Shown here in pieces: positions 9,532 to 19,406 of a stretch of DNA of 64,000 nucleotides. The DNA comes from a candidate division FCPU426 bacterium (GTDB lineage: Bacteria; Oederibacteriota; JAAXVQ01; JAUVAV01). The stretch is taken from positions 544,001-608,000 of the forward strand of contig JBFLYH010000001.1 of assembly GCA_040756875.1 (NCBI GenBank). Direction: 5' to 3'. Each line of letters starts with the position of its first letter. Position 1 is the stretch's first letter. The notes below the pieces were generated by a model that was not told where the DNA came from, made no database searches, and was given only the letters and a program-made list of their open reading frames with translations. A program made the translations under genes and the position numbers.

Positions 9532-10911
9532 ATGAAAGTTCTATTAGTTGAACCTCCGGTAAGTCCGTATGATATACCAACGGGTTTGGCAGGATTGCCA
9601 GAACCGTTGGCCCTTGAGAGTATTGCAAGCAAAATGCGGGAAAAGCATGAAGTCGATATCTTAGATATGCGACTCGAAGACAATTTGGATGTTTATTTAC
9701 GAAAATATCAACCTGATGTTGTTGGCGTCGGATCGGTTACAGCAAATCACCATTTGGCTAAGAAAATATTGTCAGAAGCGAAGAAATATAATCGGGAAGC
9801 ATTAACTATTATTGGCGGTCATCATGTAACATTCATGCCACAGGATGCAAATGAAAGCTATATAGACGTTATTGTAGTCGGAGAGGGCGATTTTACAGCG
9901 GCGAATGTCGTCGATGCATTTTCAAATAAAGAACCATTGGATGAAGTTCAGGGAATCGTAATAAATCGAAATGGTAATCAAATTCAAACTAAGCCAGCAT
10001 CGTTAATTGATATGGATGTGTTACCTCTTCCGTCGAGAGATTTAGTATCAAAATACAGAACCCAATATTTTCAAAGAACCCACAGACCAATTGTATCCAT
10101 TAATTCATCAAGAGGATGCCCTTATAAATGTAAATTTTGTTCTTTGTGGAAAATGAATCGCGGAAAATATCGGACTCGGTCTGCAGAACTTGTTGTAAAT
10201 GAAATTGAGGGATTTAAGGAAGATTTCGTTGATTTTATTGATGACAACAGCCTCGAGAATATAAACCGCGCTAATAAAATCGCGGATTTAATAATAGAGA
10301 GAAGGATTGAAAAACAATATAAAATGTATTCGCGTGCAACGACCGTTGCCAATAATCCAAAGTTAATTGAAAAATTGTCTAGTGTGGGATTAAAAATGCT
10401 TTTAGTTGGATTTGAGTCAATAATGGATAATCAATTAAATTCATGGAATAAAAAAAGCACTTTTCAAATCAATCAACGCGCAATCGAAATTCTTAAAAAG
10501 AACAATGTTGAAATAGCGGCCTATTTTGTTGTCGATCCTCAATTTGGTATTGAAGAATTCGAATCATTAAGTCGATATGTGAATAAAATGGGCATTTCTG
10601 ATCCTGTTTTTACTATCCTCATACCTTTTCCTGGAACCGACTTGTATGAAGAAAGGAAACATGAGATTTATTGGAATGATTATAGAATATATGATTTTTT
10701 CCATACGGTATTTAAGCCGAAACTACCGTTGGAAGAGTTTTATGATCAATTCAGTTTATTGTATAAGAAGTCATACTTGAAAGCGAACATCACCTTGGAA
10801 AATAGCAAAGAAAATCCATCGATGCGAACAATATTGGGGAAAATGCTTGAAAGAATTCACTCACTGAAGTCGCATCATATAAATGTGAAAGAAAATGCAA
10901 ATTGCGAGTGA
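9532..10911 (+). CDS. Cobalamin-dependent radical SAM protein (HpnR/BchE-like)
   Basis: N-terminal B12-binding domain (EPLAL, IIGGHHVTF, VVGEGD); SRGCPYKCKFC CxxxCxxC; PFPGT; YDFFHTV. Confidence 0.92.
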   Translation: MKVLLVEPPVSPYDIPTGLAGLPEPLALESIASKMREKHEVDILDMRLEDNLDVYLRKYQPDVVGVGSVTANHHLAKKILSEAKKYNREALTIIGGHHVTFMPQDANESYIDVIVVGEGDFTAANVVDAFSNKEPLDEVQGIVINRNGNQIQTKPASLIDMDVLPLPSRDLVSKYRTQYFQRTHRPIVSINSSRGCPYKCKFCSLWKMNRGKYRTRSAELVVNEIEGFKEDFVDFIDDNSLENINRANKIADLIIERRIEKQYKMYSRATTVANNPKLIEKLSSVGLKMLLVGFESIMDNQLNSWNKKSTFQINQRAIEILKKNNVEIAAYFVVDPQFGIEEFESLSRYVNKMGISDPVFTILIPFPGTDLYEERKHEIYWNDYRIYDFFHTVFKPKLPLEEFYDQFSLLYKKSYLKANITLENSKENPSMRTILGKMLERIHSLKSHHINVKENANCE

Positions 10912-10928
10912 CTAGGGAATGAATTTAA

Positions 10929-12569
10929 ATGATAAATGATTGGTTGCTAATTAATTATGCTGGTTACCCTTATTCGCCTACAAGTTTAATGCCAGATAAT
11001 GGTCTGGCTAATCTTGCGGGAGCGTTAATAAAGGTTGGCGCAAATGTTCTTATTTTAGATTATTGTACAATTAATGTTATAAATAAACTTACTCCGAAAA
11101 ATATCATGAAACAATTAAATGAAATATTTGATAACGCAAATTCATCATATGCTAAAAAGAATTTAATTGAGAATACTAGATACTATTTAGAACTGTTACG
11201 AGCTGAATTTGTACGCAAACAACGAACTGCAAGATTATTAGACGAAATATTTAATGATATTGAAGTTGAAATAAAACAACGAAAAATTACGGGGATCGGA
11301 TTTAAGCTGTGGAATGGAGATGGGATAGAAGGTGTAGTTAAGATCGCGAAGCGGATTAAACATGATTATCCGAAAATAAAAATATTTGGTGGTGGGCCAC
11401 AGGTCGATGTATTTATGCATAAAATATTGGATTATAACTGTTTTGATGGTTTGGTATATGGCGAAGGAGAAGAAGCGATAAAGTATTTGGCACAGTGTGG
11501 TGATGATTTTAAACAATATCATAAAATACCAAATCTGCTCTATAGAAATGACGGTCAAAATATTACCACGTACGAAAAGATCATTGAAAAATTAGATAGT
11601 TTGCCAATGCCATGCTATGACGAAAAAGTATATCCTGCAATGAGAAATAACGATAAAATAAAAATAATCGTTGTGGATGAATCAAGAGGATGCACCAATT
11701 CCTGTGCTTTTTGTATACATCCGATTAAAAGTAAAAATATACAGAGGTTGAAAAGTACTAAAAGATTAATATCGGAGATTGAGACTTTTAAAGAAAAATA
11801 TAAGATACATACTTTCAGATTTGCGGGATCTTCAACACCCTATTCATTAATGAATGAATTTGCAATTGAACTCATAAATAAAAAAATAAACGTTGTTTAT
11901 TCGAGCTTCGGGCATATAAGATCTGGCGAGAATGCTGATTTCGAGACTATTCGTAAATCTGGATGTCGCTCGTTGTTTTTTGGTATTGAATCCGGTAGTG
12001 ACAAAGTATTAACTCTTATGCGTAAAAAAATAAATCGCGATATGATAATTGAGACAATAAAGAAAGCAAAACGCGCCTCGATTTATACTGTGGGAAGCTT
12101 GATATTTCCGGCACCAGGCGAGGATAATGTTTCGCGAAAAGAAACTCTAGCGTTGCTAAAGGAAATAGAGTTGGATGCTTCTCCTATACATTTCCCGATC
12201 GTAATGCCTAGAACGGATTGGTATGAGAATCCGAAAAAATATAATATAGATTTAAAAGATAAGAATCGTTATGCTCGTATATCATTTAAATGGAAGGCTA
12301 AAATGATTATGCCACCTCAATTCTGGAATCGTCTGCCTTTTTCAATAGATAATCGAAATCATAAAGAAATTATTAAAATGACCGCCCAATTCATAAAAGA
12401 TGTAAATAAATTGGGGATAAATACATCGGTTACTGATGAAATGTATATCATGAGTATTCGAGCTGGTATTGAAATAAATAAATTTAAAGATGAAATTAGA
12501 AAGGCGTTTTTCTCAGGCGATAGTGAGAAAATACATTCTGTAGTTACTAGTATTAATAAAAATATATAA
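10929..12569 (+). CDS. Cobalamin-dependent radical SAM protein
   Basis: GLANLAGAL, FGGGPQV, YGEGEE B12-domain motifs; SRGCTNSCAFC; FFGIESGS. Confidence 0.9.
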   Translation: MINDWLLINYAGYPYSPTSLMPDNGLANLAGALIKVGANVLILDYCTINVINKLTPKNIMKQLNEIFDNANSSYAKKNLIENTRYYLELLRAEFVRKQRTARLLDEIFNDIEVEIKQRKITGIGFKLWNGDGIEGVVKIAKRIKHDYPKIKIFGGGPQVDVFMHKILDYNCFDGLVYGEGEEAIKYLAQCGDDFKQYHKIPNLLYRNDGQNITTYEKIIEKLDSLPMPCYDEKVYPAMRNNDKIKIIVVDESRGCTNSCAFCIHPIKSKNIQRLKSTKRLISEIETFKEKYKIHTFRFAGSSTPYSLMNEFAIELINKKINVVYSSFGHIRSGENADFETIRKSGCRSLFFGIESGSDKVLTLMRKKINRDMIIETIKKAKRASIYTVGSLIFPAPGEDNVSRKETLALLKEIELDASPIHFPIVMPRTDWYENPKKYNIDLKDKNRYARISFKWKAKMIMPPQFWNRLPFSIDNRNHKEIIKMTAQFIKDVNKLGINTSVTDEMYIMSIRAGIEINKFKDEIRKAFFSGDSEKIHSVVTSINKNI

Positions 12570-12582
12570 TGAAGGAATTGAA

Positions 12583-14757
12583 ATGTTTGGCTTAGTTCTA
12601 ACGATATTTATAGCTATTATCGAAGTTATTCTTGGCTTTTTTGTTATCACAAAGAAGTCAAGTTCTGTAATGCATCGAGTATTTCTTGCGTTTTCGATAT
12701 TTATTGGTTTGTGGTCTGTATGCCTGGGATTCATTTTCAGCCCCTTGGATTTATCTGAGAAAATCACCCAAATATTGATTAATACAATTATGCTATCAGG
12801 TTATTTGGTCATTTCGACTTTTTTAATATTTTCGTGGGTTTTTCCTCAACAGACGATTAGAGTGAGTGCGACAAAACTGATTATTCTTTTTGTACCATTT
12901 GCAGTAATTGCATATTTACTAAATTTTACTGATCTGTTTATAAAACATGTAAATGTTGGAAAAGCAAATAACAGGATTCAATTTGATATTAGAGGATATT
13001 CGATATTTGCTTTTTTCTTTTTAATCAATAGCGTATTAGCTACATGGATACTTGTTAGAAAATATATAAAATCTACAGGTATTCATAAGCAACAGCTGAC
13101 GTATTTTGGTTTAGGTTCGGGTCTGTCATTACTGTTGGTTGTGATTTTTGATGTGATTTTACCCGTATTTACTAATAATAATTACGTATGGTTATCTCCT
13201 TTTTTTATGGTTATTTTTCTTGTAGCTGTCGCGTATGCAATACTCAGATATAGATTACTAGACTTAGAAATTATTATTAAACGAACAACAATTTATTTAG
13301 TGATTATTGGAATAATCATCGGGGTTTATACGTTCGTTTTACTATTGCCACAGCAATTAATAGGAACGCCTGGAAGTTTTAATTCGATATTTATTTTAGT
13401 TATTGCCGCCATTACAATCGCGATCACCATGCAACCTTTAAGAGATTGGCTGGATAGTGTAACAGACAGGTTATTTTTTCAACGAAAGTATGATTATTAT
13501 CATGTTTTAGAAAAATCCGCAAAAGAAATAAACGCAGTTTTTAAACTTGAAGAGATTATCAACATTGTTAGTAATGCTTTAATAGAGGAGATGCACTTAA
13601 CAAAAGTCGCGGTATTCTTGCGTGAAAAAGCAGGGTCGAATATATTTGTGTGTTATAAAGCTGATGGCGAAATTGAACCTGGTTTTCCAAGTCAGGTTGA
13701 AGAAGGAAATCCTTTAATCGGTCATCTGATCAATGATCCAATATTGATAGAAGTTGGAGAATTCACCTATAAGTACGAACATTTATTTCCCTCCGACGCA
13801 TTAAAAAAAGCAATCCAGAATGAGCTGAAGCAAACGTTCAATGCCGCTTTAATAGTGCCTTTAATTCAAAAGAAAAACATCGCGGGTTTTATGATATTGG
13901 GTGGTAAAAAATCGGGTGATCTTTTTACGAGCCGAGATTTGACTCTGTTGGAAACGTTGAGCAGTCAAATGACTACAGCCCTGGAAAACATACGTCTCTA
14001 TGAACAGATGATCACAAATGAACGTTTGACAGTCATTGGTACTCTAGCAGCCGGGATTGCACACGAAATCCGTAATCCGTTGGCATCGATAAAGACATTT
14101 ATACAAATGCTGCCGGATAAGTATTCCAACGATGATTTTAAAAAGCGTTTCCATGATATCGTCGGATCGGAGATTGAACGGCTTTCCAACATTACGGCGG
14201 ATTTGCTGACCTTTGCTCGGCCTTCGGCTCCTAAATTGGACAATGTCAGCATTGACCAATTGATGGATAAAATTAAAAACCTTTTAAACAGTCCCTTGCG
14301 TAAAAAGCAGATCGATTTCACCTGGGAAGTGTCCGATCTGCCGAGCATTCAGGCTGACCCACAGCAGCTTTTCCAAGTTTTTCTGAATGTGACCTTGAAC
14401 GCTATTTATGCTTCGAAGGAAAAAGGCCAAGTTAAGGTCTATGGGCAGATTAAAGACCAGATGCCTGGCCGGCCAAGCGGCCAAGGGTTGTACATGCTGG
14501 TAACTATCGAGGATTTTGGTACGGGCATCAAACGAAAGGATTTGCCTAACCTTTTCCAGCCGTTTTTCACTACTAAAACCGACGGCACAGGCTTGGGCCT
14601 CGCTACGTGTAAGCGCATATTGGAAGCCCACCGTGGTGACATGTACATAGACTCCGAAGAAGGGAAGGGTACCAAGGTCACGGTGCTATTACCCACCAAC
14701 CTCACGCAGGAAACGGTTATCGTGCCCACACCTGCACCCATCCAGCAGTTCACCTGA
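12583..14757 (+). CDS. Membrane sensor histidine kinase (HisKA_7TM-like N-terminus, extra TM helices, GAF, HisKA, HATPase)
   Basis: About 9 hydrophobic segments incl. YAILRYRLLD; GAF (LIVPL..GFMILGGKKSG); AHEIRNPL H-box; DFGTGI, FQPFFTTK, GTGLGL. Confidence 0.93.
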   Translation: MFGLVLTIFIAIIEVILGFFVITKKSSSVMHRVFLAFSIFIGLWSVCLGFIFSPLDLSEKITQILINTIMLSGYLVISTFLIFSWVFPQQTIRVSATKLIILFVPFAVIAYLLNFTDLFIKHVNVGKANNRIQFDIRGYSIFAFFFLINSVLATWILVRKYIKSTGIHKQQLTYFGLGSGLSLLLVVIFDVILPVFTNNNYVWLSPFFMVIFLVAVAYAILRYRLLDLEIIIKRTTIYLVIIGIIIGVYTFVLLLPQQLIGTPGSFNSIFILVIAAITIAITMQPLRDWLDSVTDRLFFQRKYDYYHVLEKSAKEINAVFKLEEIINIVSNALIEEMHLTKVAVFLREKAGSNIFVCYKADGEIEPGFPSQVEEGNPLIGHLINDPILIEVGEFTYKYEHLFPSDALKKAIQNELKQTFNAALIVPLIQKKNIAGFMILGGKKSGDLFTSRDLTLLETLSSQMTTALENIRLYEQMITNERLTVIGTLAAGIAHEIRNPLASIKTFIQMLPDKYSNDDFKKRFHDIVGSEIERLSNITADLLTFARPSAPKLDNVSIDQLMDKIKNLLNSPLRKKQIDFTWEVSDLPSIQADPQQLFQVFLNVTLNAIYASKEKGQVKVYGQIKDQMPGRPSGQGLYMLVTIEDFGTGIKRKDLPNLFQPFFTTKTDGTGLGLATCKRILEAHRGDMYIDSEEGKGTKVTVLLPTNLTQETVIVPTPAPIQQFT

Positions 14758-14829
14758 TCGCTGGTTTTTTATCTTGCTTTTTAAGCCGCGCTAGAATACC
14801 CTCGAAAAAATAGGGATTCGGAGCGACCA

Positions 14830-16593
14830 GTGAAATCAAAAACATTTGATTACGTCATCACCATTGGCGGCGAAGCCGGACAGGGCATGCAGACCTTGGG
14901 CGTGCTGCTGGCCAAGGTTTTCCTCAAACTGGGCTACTTTATGTCCACCCTCCAGTCCTATCAATCACGCATCCGTGGCGGGCATAATTTTTTCCAGCTC
15001 CGCATATCCTCCCGACCCATCCACAGCCTGAGGCGAGGCACGGATCTTCTGGTGGCCCTGGATCAAAATACCATTGAAACACATTGCCGGAATCTAAACC
15101 GCCAATCAGTCGCGATATTCGACCTTGCACGAATCAAGCCTAAACCAGGTTGCGGCCAAATGTTGGGGCTCGAGATCGAACGGATATTTCCGGGGGCCAA
15201 AGAAAACGAAATATTCGCGAACATTGTGTATTTGGGTGCATTGATGGCTCTCTTGGGTTGCCCGTCTGATCCGGTTGAAAAATTATTGGCGGCGACCTTT
15301 GGGAAAAAGGGCGAGGATGTGATCGTGAAAAACCGGGCTGCTTTCCGGGCCGGCCTGGAATACATTCTCGGCCAGTCAGCTTGGAAAAACCGCTATCAAG
15401 CGCCTGCGCCTTTGAACCCTCAATCATCACTATTGGTGCATGGGAACCAGGCCATAGCCCTGGGTGCTGCGGCTGCCGGCTGCGGATTTTATTCGGCTTA
15501 TCCCATGACACCGTCCACAAGCGTTTTCGAAACCATGGCCGGGTTGGCTGCCAAAGCGAATATCATCGTGGAACAGGCAGAAGATGAAATTGCCGCCATG
15601 AACATGGTCCTTGGCGCGAGCTATGCCGGAACCAGGGCGATGACCGGCACTTCAGGCGGCGGATTTGCGTTGATGGTGGAAGCGTTGAGCCTGGCCGGTA
15701 TGTTGGAATGTCCAGCTGTGATTGTCAACGCCCAACGGCCAGGTCCTGCCACTGGATTGCCTACCCGAACGGAGCAGGCGGATCTCGGATTTGTCATCCA
15801 CGCCGGGCATGGAGAGTTTCCGCGTGTGGTGCTTGCGCCCGGAAACCAGGAAGAGTGTTTTTGGTTAACTGTACATGCCTTCAATCTGGCTGACCGATAT
15901 CAAATTCCGGTCATCATACTTACCGATCAATATTTGGCGGATCTCTATGGAAATGTAAAACCATTTCAAACAGAAAAGGTCAAAATTGAACGTGGATTAG
16001 TAGTTGAGGCAGGAGAATCATATGTTAGATATAGACTTACGCCAGATGGGGTATCGCCCCGAGCTTTTCCTGGCAAGGGTCCGGGAGTGGTGATCGCTGA
16101 CAGCGATGAACATACGGAAGACGGCCATTTAACCGAGGATTTGAATGTCCGAATTAAAATGAACGCCAAACGGCTGGCAAAGTTAAAATCCCTTCAGCGT
16201 GAACTGCTCAGGCCAACCGTTCAGGGCATCCATAAGGATAATTTGGTTCTTTGTTGGGGTTCGAGTTTGGGGCCTTGTCAGGATGCAGTTAATCAGCTTG
16301 CGGACGAGGGCAGCAAGGTTTCTTTGATGCATTTTTCCCAACTCTGGCCATTGGAAGGATCCAAATTACGTTCCTGGCTGGCGCCTTACCGCCGATTAAT
16401 CTGCGTGGAAGGGAATGCCGGCGGGCAGTTTGCCCGTATTTTGCGCGCTGAGACGGAAATAACCATACACGCGAAAATCCTTCGCACCGACGGCAAGCCG
16501 TTCCTGCAGGATGAACTTGCCGCCCAGATCAAGAAACACCTGAGGCCAGTTGCTTCTGGACGTAAAAAACGGATGATCAGGAGGAAAAAATGA
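14830..16593 (+). CDS. korA: 2-oxoacid:ferredoxin oxidoreductase alpha subunit (gamma-alpha fused type)
   Basis: GGEAGQG, SRIRGGHN, YPMTPST, QAEDEIAA, TSGGGFALM, QRPGPATGLPT. Confidence 0.92.
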   Translation: MKSKTFDYVITIGGEAGQGMQTLGVLLAKVFLKLGYFMSTLQSYQSRIRGGHNFFQLRISSRPIHSLRRGTDLLVALDQNTIETHCRNLNRQSVAIFDLARIKPKPGCGQMLGLEIERIFPGAKENEIFANIVYLGALMALLGCPSDPVEKLLAATFGKKGEDVIVKNRAAFRAGLEYILGQSAWKNRYQAPAPLNPQSSLLVHGNQAIALGAAAAGCGFYSAYPMTPSTSVFETMAGLAAKANIIVEQAEDEIAAMNMVLGASYAGTRAMTGTSGGGFALMVEALSLAGMLECPAVIVNAQRPGPATGLPTRTEQADLGFVIHAGHGEFPRVVLAPGNQEECFWLTVHAFNLADRYQIPVIILTDQYLADLYGNVKPFQTEKVKIERGLVVEAGESYVRYRLTPDGVSPRAFPGKGPGVVIADSDEHTEDGHLTEDLNVRIKMNAKRLAKLKSLQRELLRPTVQGIHKDNLVLCWGSSLGPCQDAVNQLADEGSKVSLMHFSQLWPLEGSKLRSWLAPYRRLICVEGNAGGQFARILRAETEITIHAKILRTDGKPFLQDELAAQIKKHLRPVASGRKKRMIRRKK

Positions 16594-17444
16594 CCACCCT
16601 GTCGGATTACCAAAGCATTGCTCCGGCTTGGTGTCCTGGTTGCGGTGATTTTGGCATATTGCATGCCATTAAAAAAGCCCTGGTCGCCTTGGATAAAAAA
16701 TCCCATGAAGTTTTATTATGCTCGGGCATCGGGCAGGCAGCCAAATTGCCACATTATTTGCGATGTAATGTCTTCAATGGACTCCACGGCAGGGCTCTGC
16801 CTGCAGCTCAAGCAGCCAAAATGGTCAACCCCGCTTTAACGGTTTTGGCTATAGGCGGGGATGGCGACATGTACGGTGAAGGAGGAAACCATTTTTTGCA
16901 TGCTCTAAGGCGAAATATTGACATAACCATGATAGCACATAACAATAAAATATACGGTTTAACCAAGGGGCAAGCTTCACCGACCACTGATCAAGGCGTA
17001 GCAACCAAAGTACAACCTCAAGGCGTAGCTAGTAGGCCTATCAATCCTCTGACCCTGGCAATAAGCCAGAATTGTGGCTTTGTTGCACGTGGTTTTTCAG
17101 GACGGGTAGATCATCTGGCGGAATTGATTGCCGCTGGCATTCAACATCGGGGTTTTTCGCTTATCGACGTGCTTCAACCATGCGTATCCTTCAATAAAAT
17201 CAATACTTTTGCATGGTACCAAGCGCGTGTATATAATGTAAAAGACAACCCAGAATACAATCCCCAGAGTTGGCATCGAGCATTGGATAAAGCATTAGAA
17301 TGGGGGGATAGAATACCCATTGGCATTATTTATAAATCACTTGGAAAAGAATATAATGAAATTTTGGGAATTCGTTCTAATGATAAATTAGTGAAAAATG
17401 ATTATAATAAAGTGCTTAATGATATATTAAAACAATTTGCCTAA
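16590..17444 (+). CDS. korB: 2-oxoacid:ferredoxin oxidoreductase beta subunit
   Basis: WCPGCGDFG, LHGRALP, GGDGD..GEGGNH TPP motif, YGLTKGQASPT; ATGA overlap with korA. Confidence 0.92.
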   Translation: MTTLSDYQSIAPAWCPGCGDFGILHAIKKALVALDKKSHEVLLCSGIGQAAKLPHYLRCNVFNGLHGRALPAAQAAKMVNPALTVLAIGGDGDMYGEGGNHFLHALRRNIDITMIAHNNKIYGLTKGQASPTTDQGVATKVQPQGVASRPINPLTLAISQNCGFVARGFSGRVDHLAELIAAGIQHRGFSLIDVLQPCVSFNKINTFAWYQARVYNVKDNPEYNPQSWHRALDKALEWGDRIPIGIIYKSLGKEYNEILGIRSNDKLVKNDYNKVLNDILKQFA

Positions 17445-17814
17445 TAAAATGTGCATATATTAATGGGCACTTATCAATAATAAGTCTTTTTTTAAATCTT
17501 TTAATTCCTCTCAATAAATCACAATAAACAATAAAATAATTTTTGCACTATGTCCAAATTCACATTTACCTGGTATTTAATGAATAATCATAGATGTTTT
17601 CTTAATGAATATTTTATATACAATATGCACTATAAAATGTACACATTTTTAGGCACAAGATACTAAATAGTTAATAACACTTTTTTAACACCCCGTGTGA
17701 AGGCCATATTTTAAAAACACCACTACAAAATGGGTTCAATCTCTCTATTCAATCAAAATATAGTAGGTTCTAGCATGCTATAAGAACTCACCTAATTTTA
17801 GTTTTCCACAGCAC

Positions 17815-17832
17815 TTGGTAAGGAGTTTGCTT
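17815..17832 (+). promoter_or_regulatory. Putative sigma54 (-24/-12) promoter
   Basis: TTGGTAAGGAGTTTGCTT = GG-N10-GC with TTGC, about 50 nt upstream of ATG 17880, preceded by a long AT-rich intergenic region. Confidence 0.65.
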
Positions 17833-17879
17833 AAGTAATTGGTATAGATCACCTCGCTGCTATCGTTAGGAGCCCATTC

Positions 17880-19391
17880 ATGTCCAACATATTGGTTGTT
17901 GATGATGAAAAAGGCATTCGAGAGTCATTAAACATCCTTTTAACTGATGAAGGATATCAGATTGACATGGCTTCTGATGGGATGGAAGCCCTCACTTTGC
18001 TTGAGAAAAAGCAATACGACCTGGTTTTGACCGACCTGCGAATGCCCAACATGAACGGAATGTCCTTGCTCTCGCAAATCAAGGAGAAATGGGACGAGAG
18101 CATTCCGGTTATCATGCTGACATCCTGCGGTCATGTTGATACAGCAATTCAGGCTATCAAGGAAGGGGCCAGTGACTTCATCATTAAACCCTTTGAAGTG
18201 GACCATTTGCGCGAATCGGTGCGCAAAGCCCTTAAAAAAGAGCGTGAAAAAATGAAACAGGCCATAAAGGCGCAGGAGGAATACGCGCGGCGTATGGAAA
18301 ATGCCAATCGTAAACTGGATCACGCTATCTTTGAGCTGGCAGTCTTGCATGAGACGGGCAAAATGATCAATTCCACATTGGATATCAAGAAGATTGTATC
18401 GATTATCCTGGAAATGGCCAGGCAGTCCGTAGGCGCGGACCGTGCCAGGGTATTACTCTATTATAAGAATTCCCAACGCAATATGATGGATCTGGTTTAT
18501 TCGGTGGATGATTCCAACCATGGCCAATTGGAGGCAGTCGATGAATACGCCGCGGCCTGGGTACGGCGCCGCGGGGAAGGCATTCTGCTGGAAGATATAG
18601 AAAAAATACCCCCGCAAGAATCCCAGCTGCTGGCTGGTTCGGGGCTGGGGTCTTTGGTCGTGCTTCCCATCAAGCGTAAAAGCGACATGGTGGGCGCTAT
18701 GATCCTTAACAACCGTACTGGAAGCAGGAAATTCACCGAACAGGACTTTCAGTTTCTTACAACGCTTGTCAATCAGGCGTCCATTGCCATCGAAAACGCT
18801 CAATTGTATGACGAACTTCAGGACCATTTCGCGGACACGATTCGCGCCCTGGTGACGGCCATGGAGGCCAAAGACGCCTATACGTACGGTCATTCCGACC
18901 GGGTTACCCAGTACTCATTGATGATTGCCGGCCAATTGGGGTTGTCAGAACTGGATGTGCGGGAACTGGAATATACCGCTTTACTCCATGATATCGGCAA
19001 GATCGGCATTGCCGAGGAGATACTGCGAAAACCCGGCAAGCTTGACCAGCACGAATGGTCAGTGGTCAAGAAACATACCATTTTGGGCAGCACCATTGTC
19101 CGTCCCATCAAATTCCTAAACCGAGGCGAGGAGACTGTCCGCCATCATCATGAATGGTTCAACGGGAGCGGGTATCCGGACGGATTGAAAGGCGAGGATA
19201 TCCCGCTGTTTTCGAGAATCATCGCCGTGGCCGATGCATTCGACGCCATGATCAGCGAACGTCCGTACCGGTCGAGCATGACGGAAGCGGCTGCGATGCA
19301 CGAGTTGAGCAAGTGTTCCGGGGAGCAGTTCGATCCCACCGTAGTGGCCACATTTACACGCGCATTGGAAACCGCACGTTTAGCAAGTTGA
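17880..19391 (+). CDS. REC-GAF-HD-GYP cyclic dinucleotide phosphodiesterase
   Basis: Receiver N-terminus; GAF; YTYGHSDRV, LLHDIGKIG, HHHEWFNGSGYPDGL, VADAFDAM..RPYR. Confidence 0.93.
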   Translation: MSNILVVDDEKGIRESLNILLTDEGYQIDMASDGMEALTLLEKKQYDLVLTDLRMPNMNGMSLLSQIKEKWDESIPVIMLTSCGHVDTAIQAIKEGASDFIIKPFEVDHLRESVRKALKKEREKMKQAIKAQEEYARRMENANRKLDHAIFELAVLHETGKMINSTLDIKKIVSIILEMARQSVGADRARVLLYYKNSQRNMMDLVYSVDDSNHGQLEAVDEYAAAWVRRRGEGILLEDIEKIPPQESQLLAGSGLGSLVVLPIKRKSDMVGAMILNNRTGSRKFTEQDFQFLTTLVNQASIAIENAQLYDELQDHFADTIRALVTAMEAKDAYTYGHSDRVTQYSLMIAGQLGLSELDVRELEYTALLHDIGKIGIAEEILRKPGKLDQHEWSVVKKHTILGSTIVRPIKFLNRGEETVRHHHEWFNGSGYPDGLKGEDIPLFSRIIAVADAFDAMISERPYRSSMTEAAAMHELSKCSGEQFDPTVVATFTRALETARLAS

Positions 19392-19406
19392 AACAAGGGG
19401 GGTCCC

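Noticed and set aside
8561-14000. AT-rich block as a prophage, integron or IS-bounded island
   Set aside because: No integrase, transposase, tRNA target, attC sites or flanking direct repeats were seen
16900-17444. AT drift in the 3' half of korB suggesting a chimera or pseudogene
   Set aside because: The reading frame and beta-subunit motifs are intact and of normal length; the change is gradual
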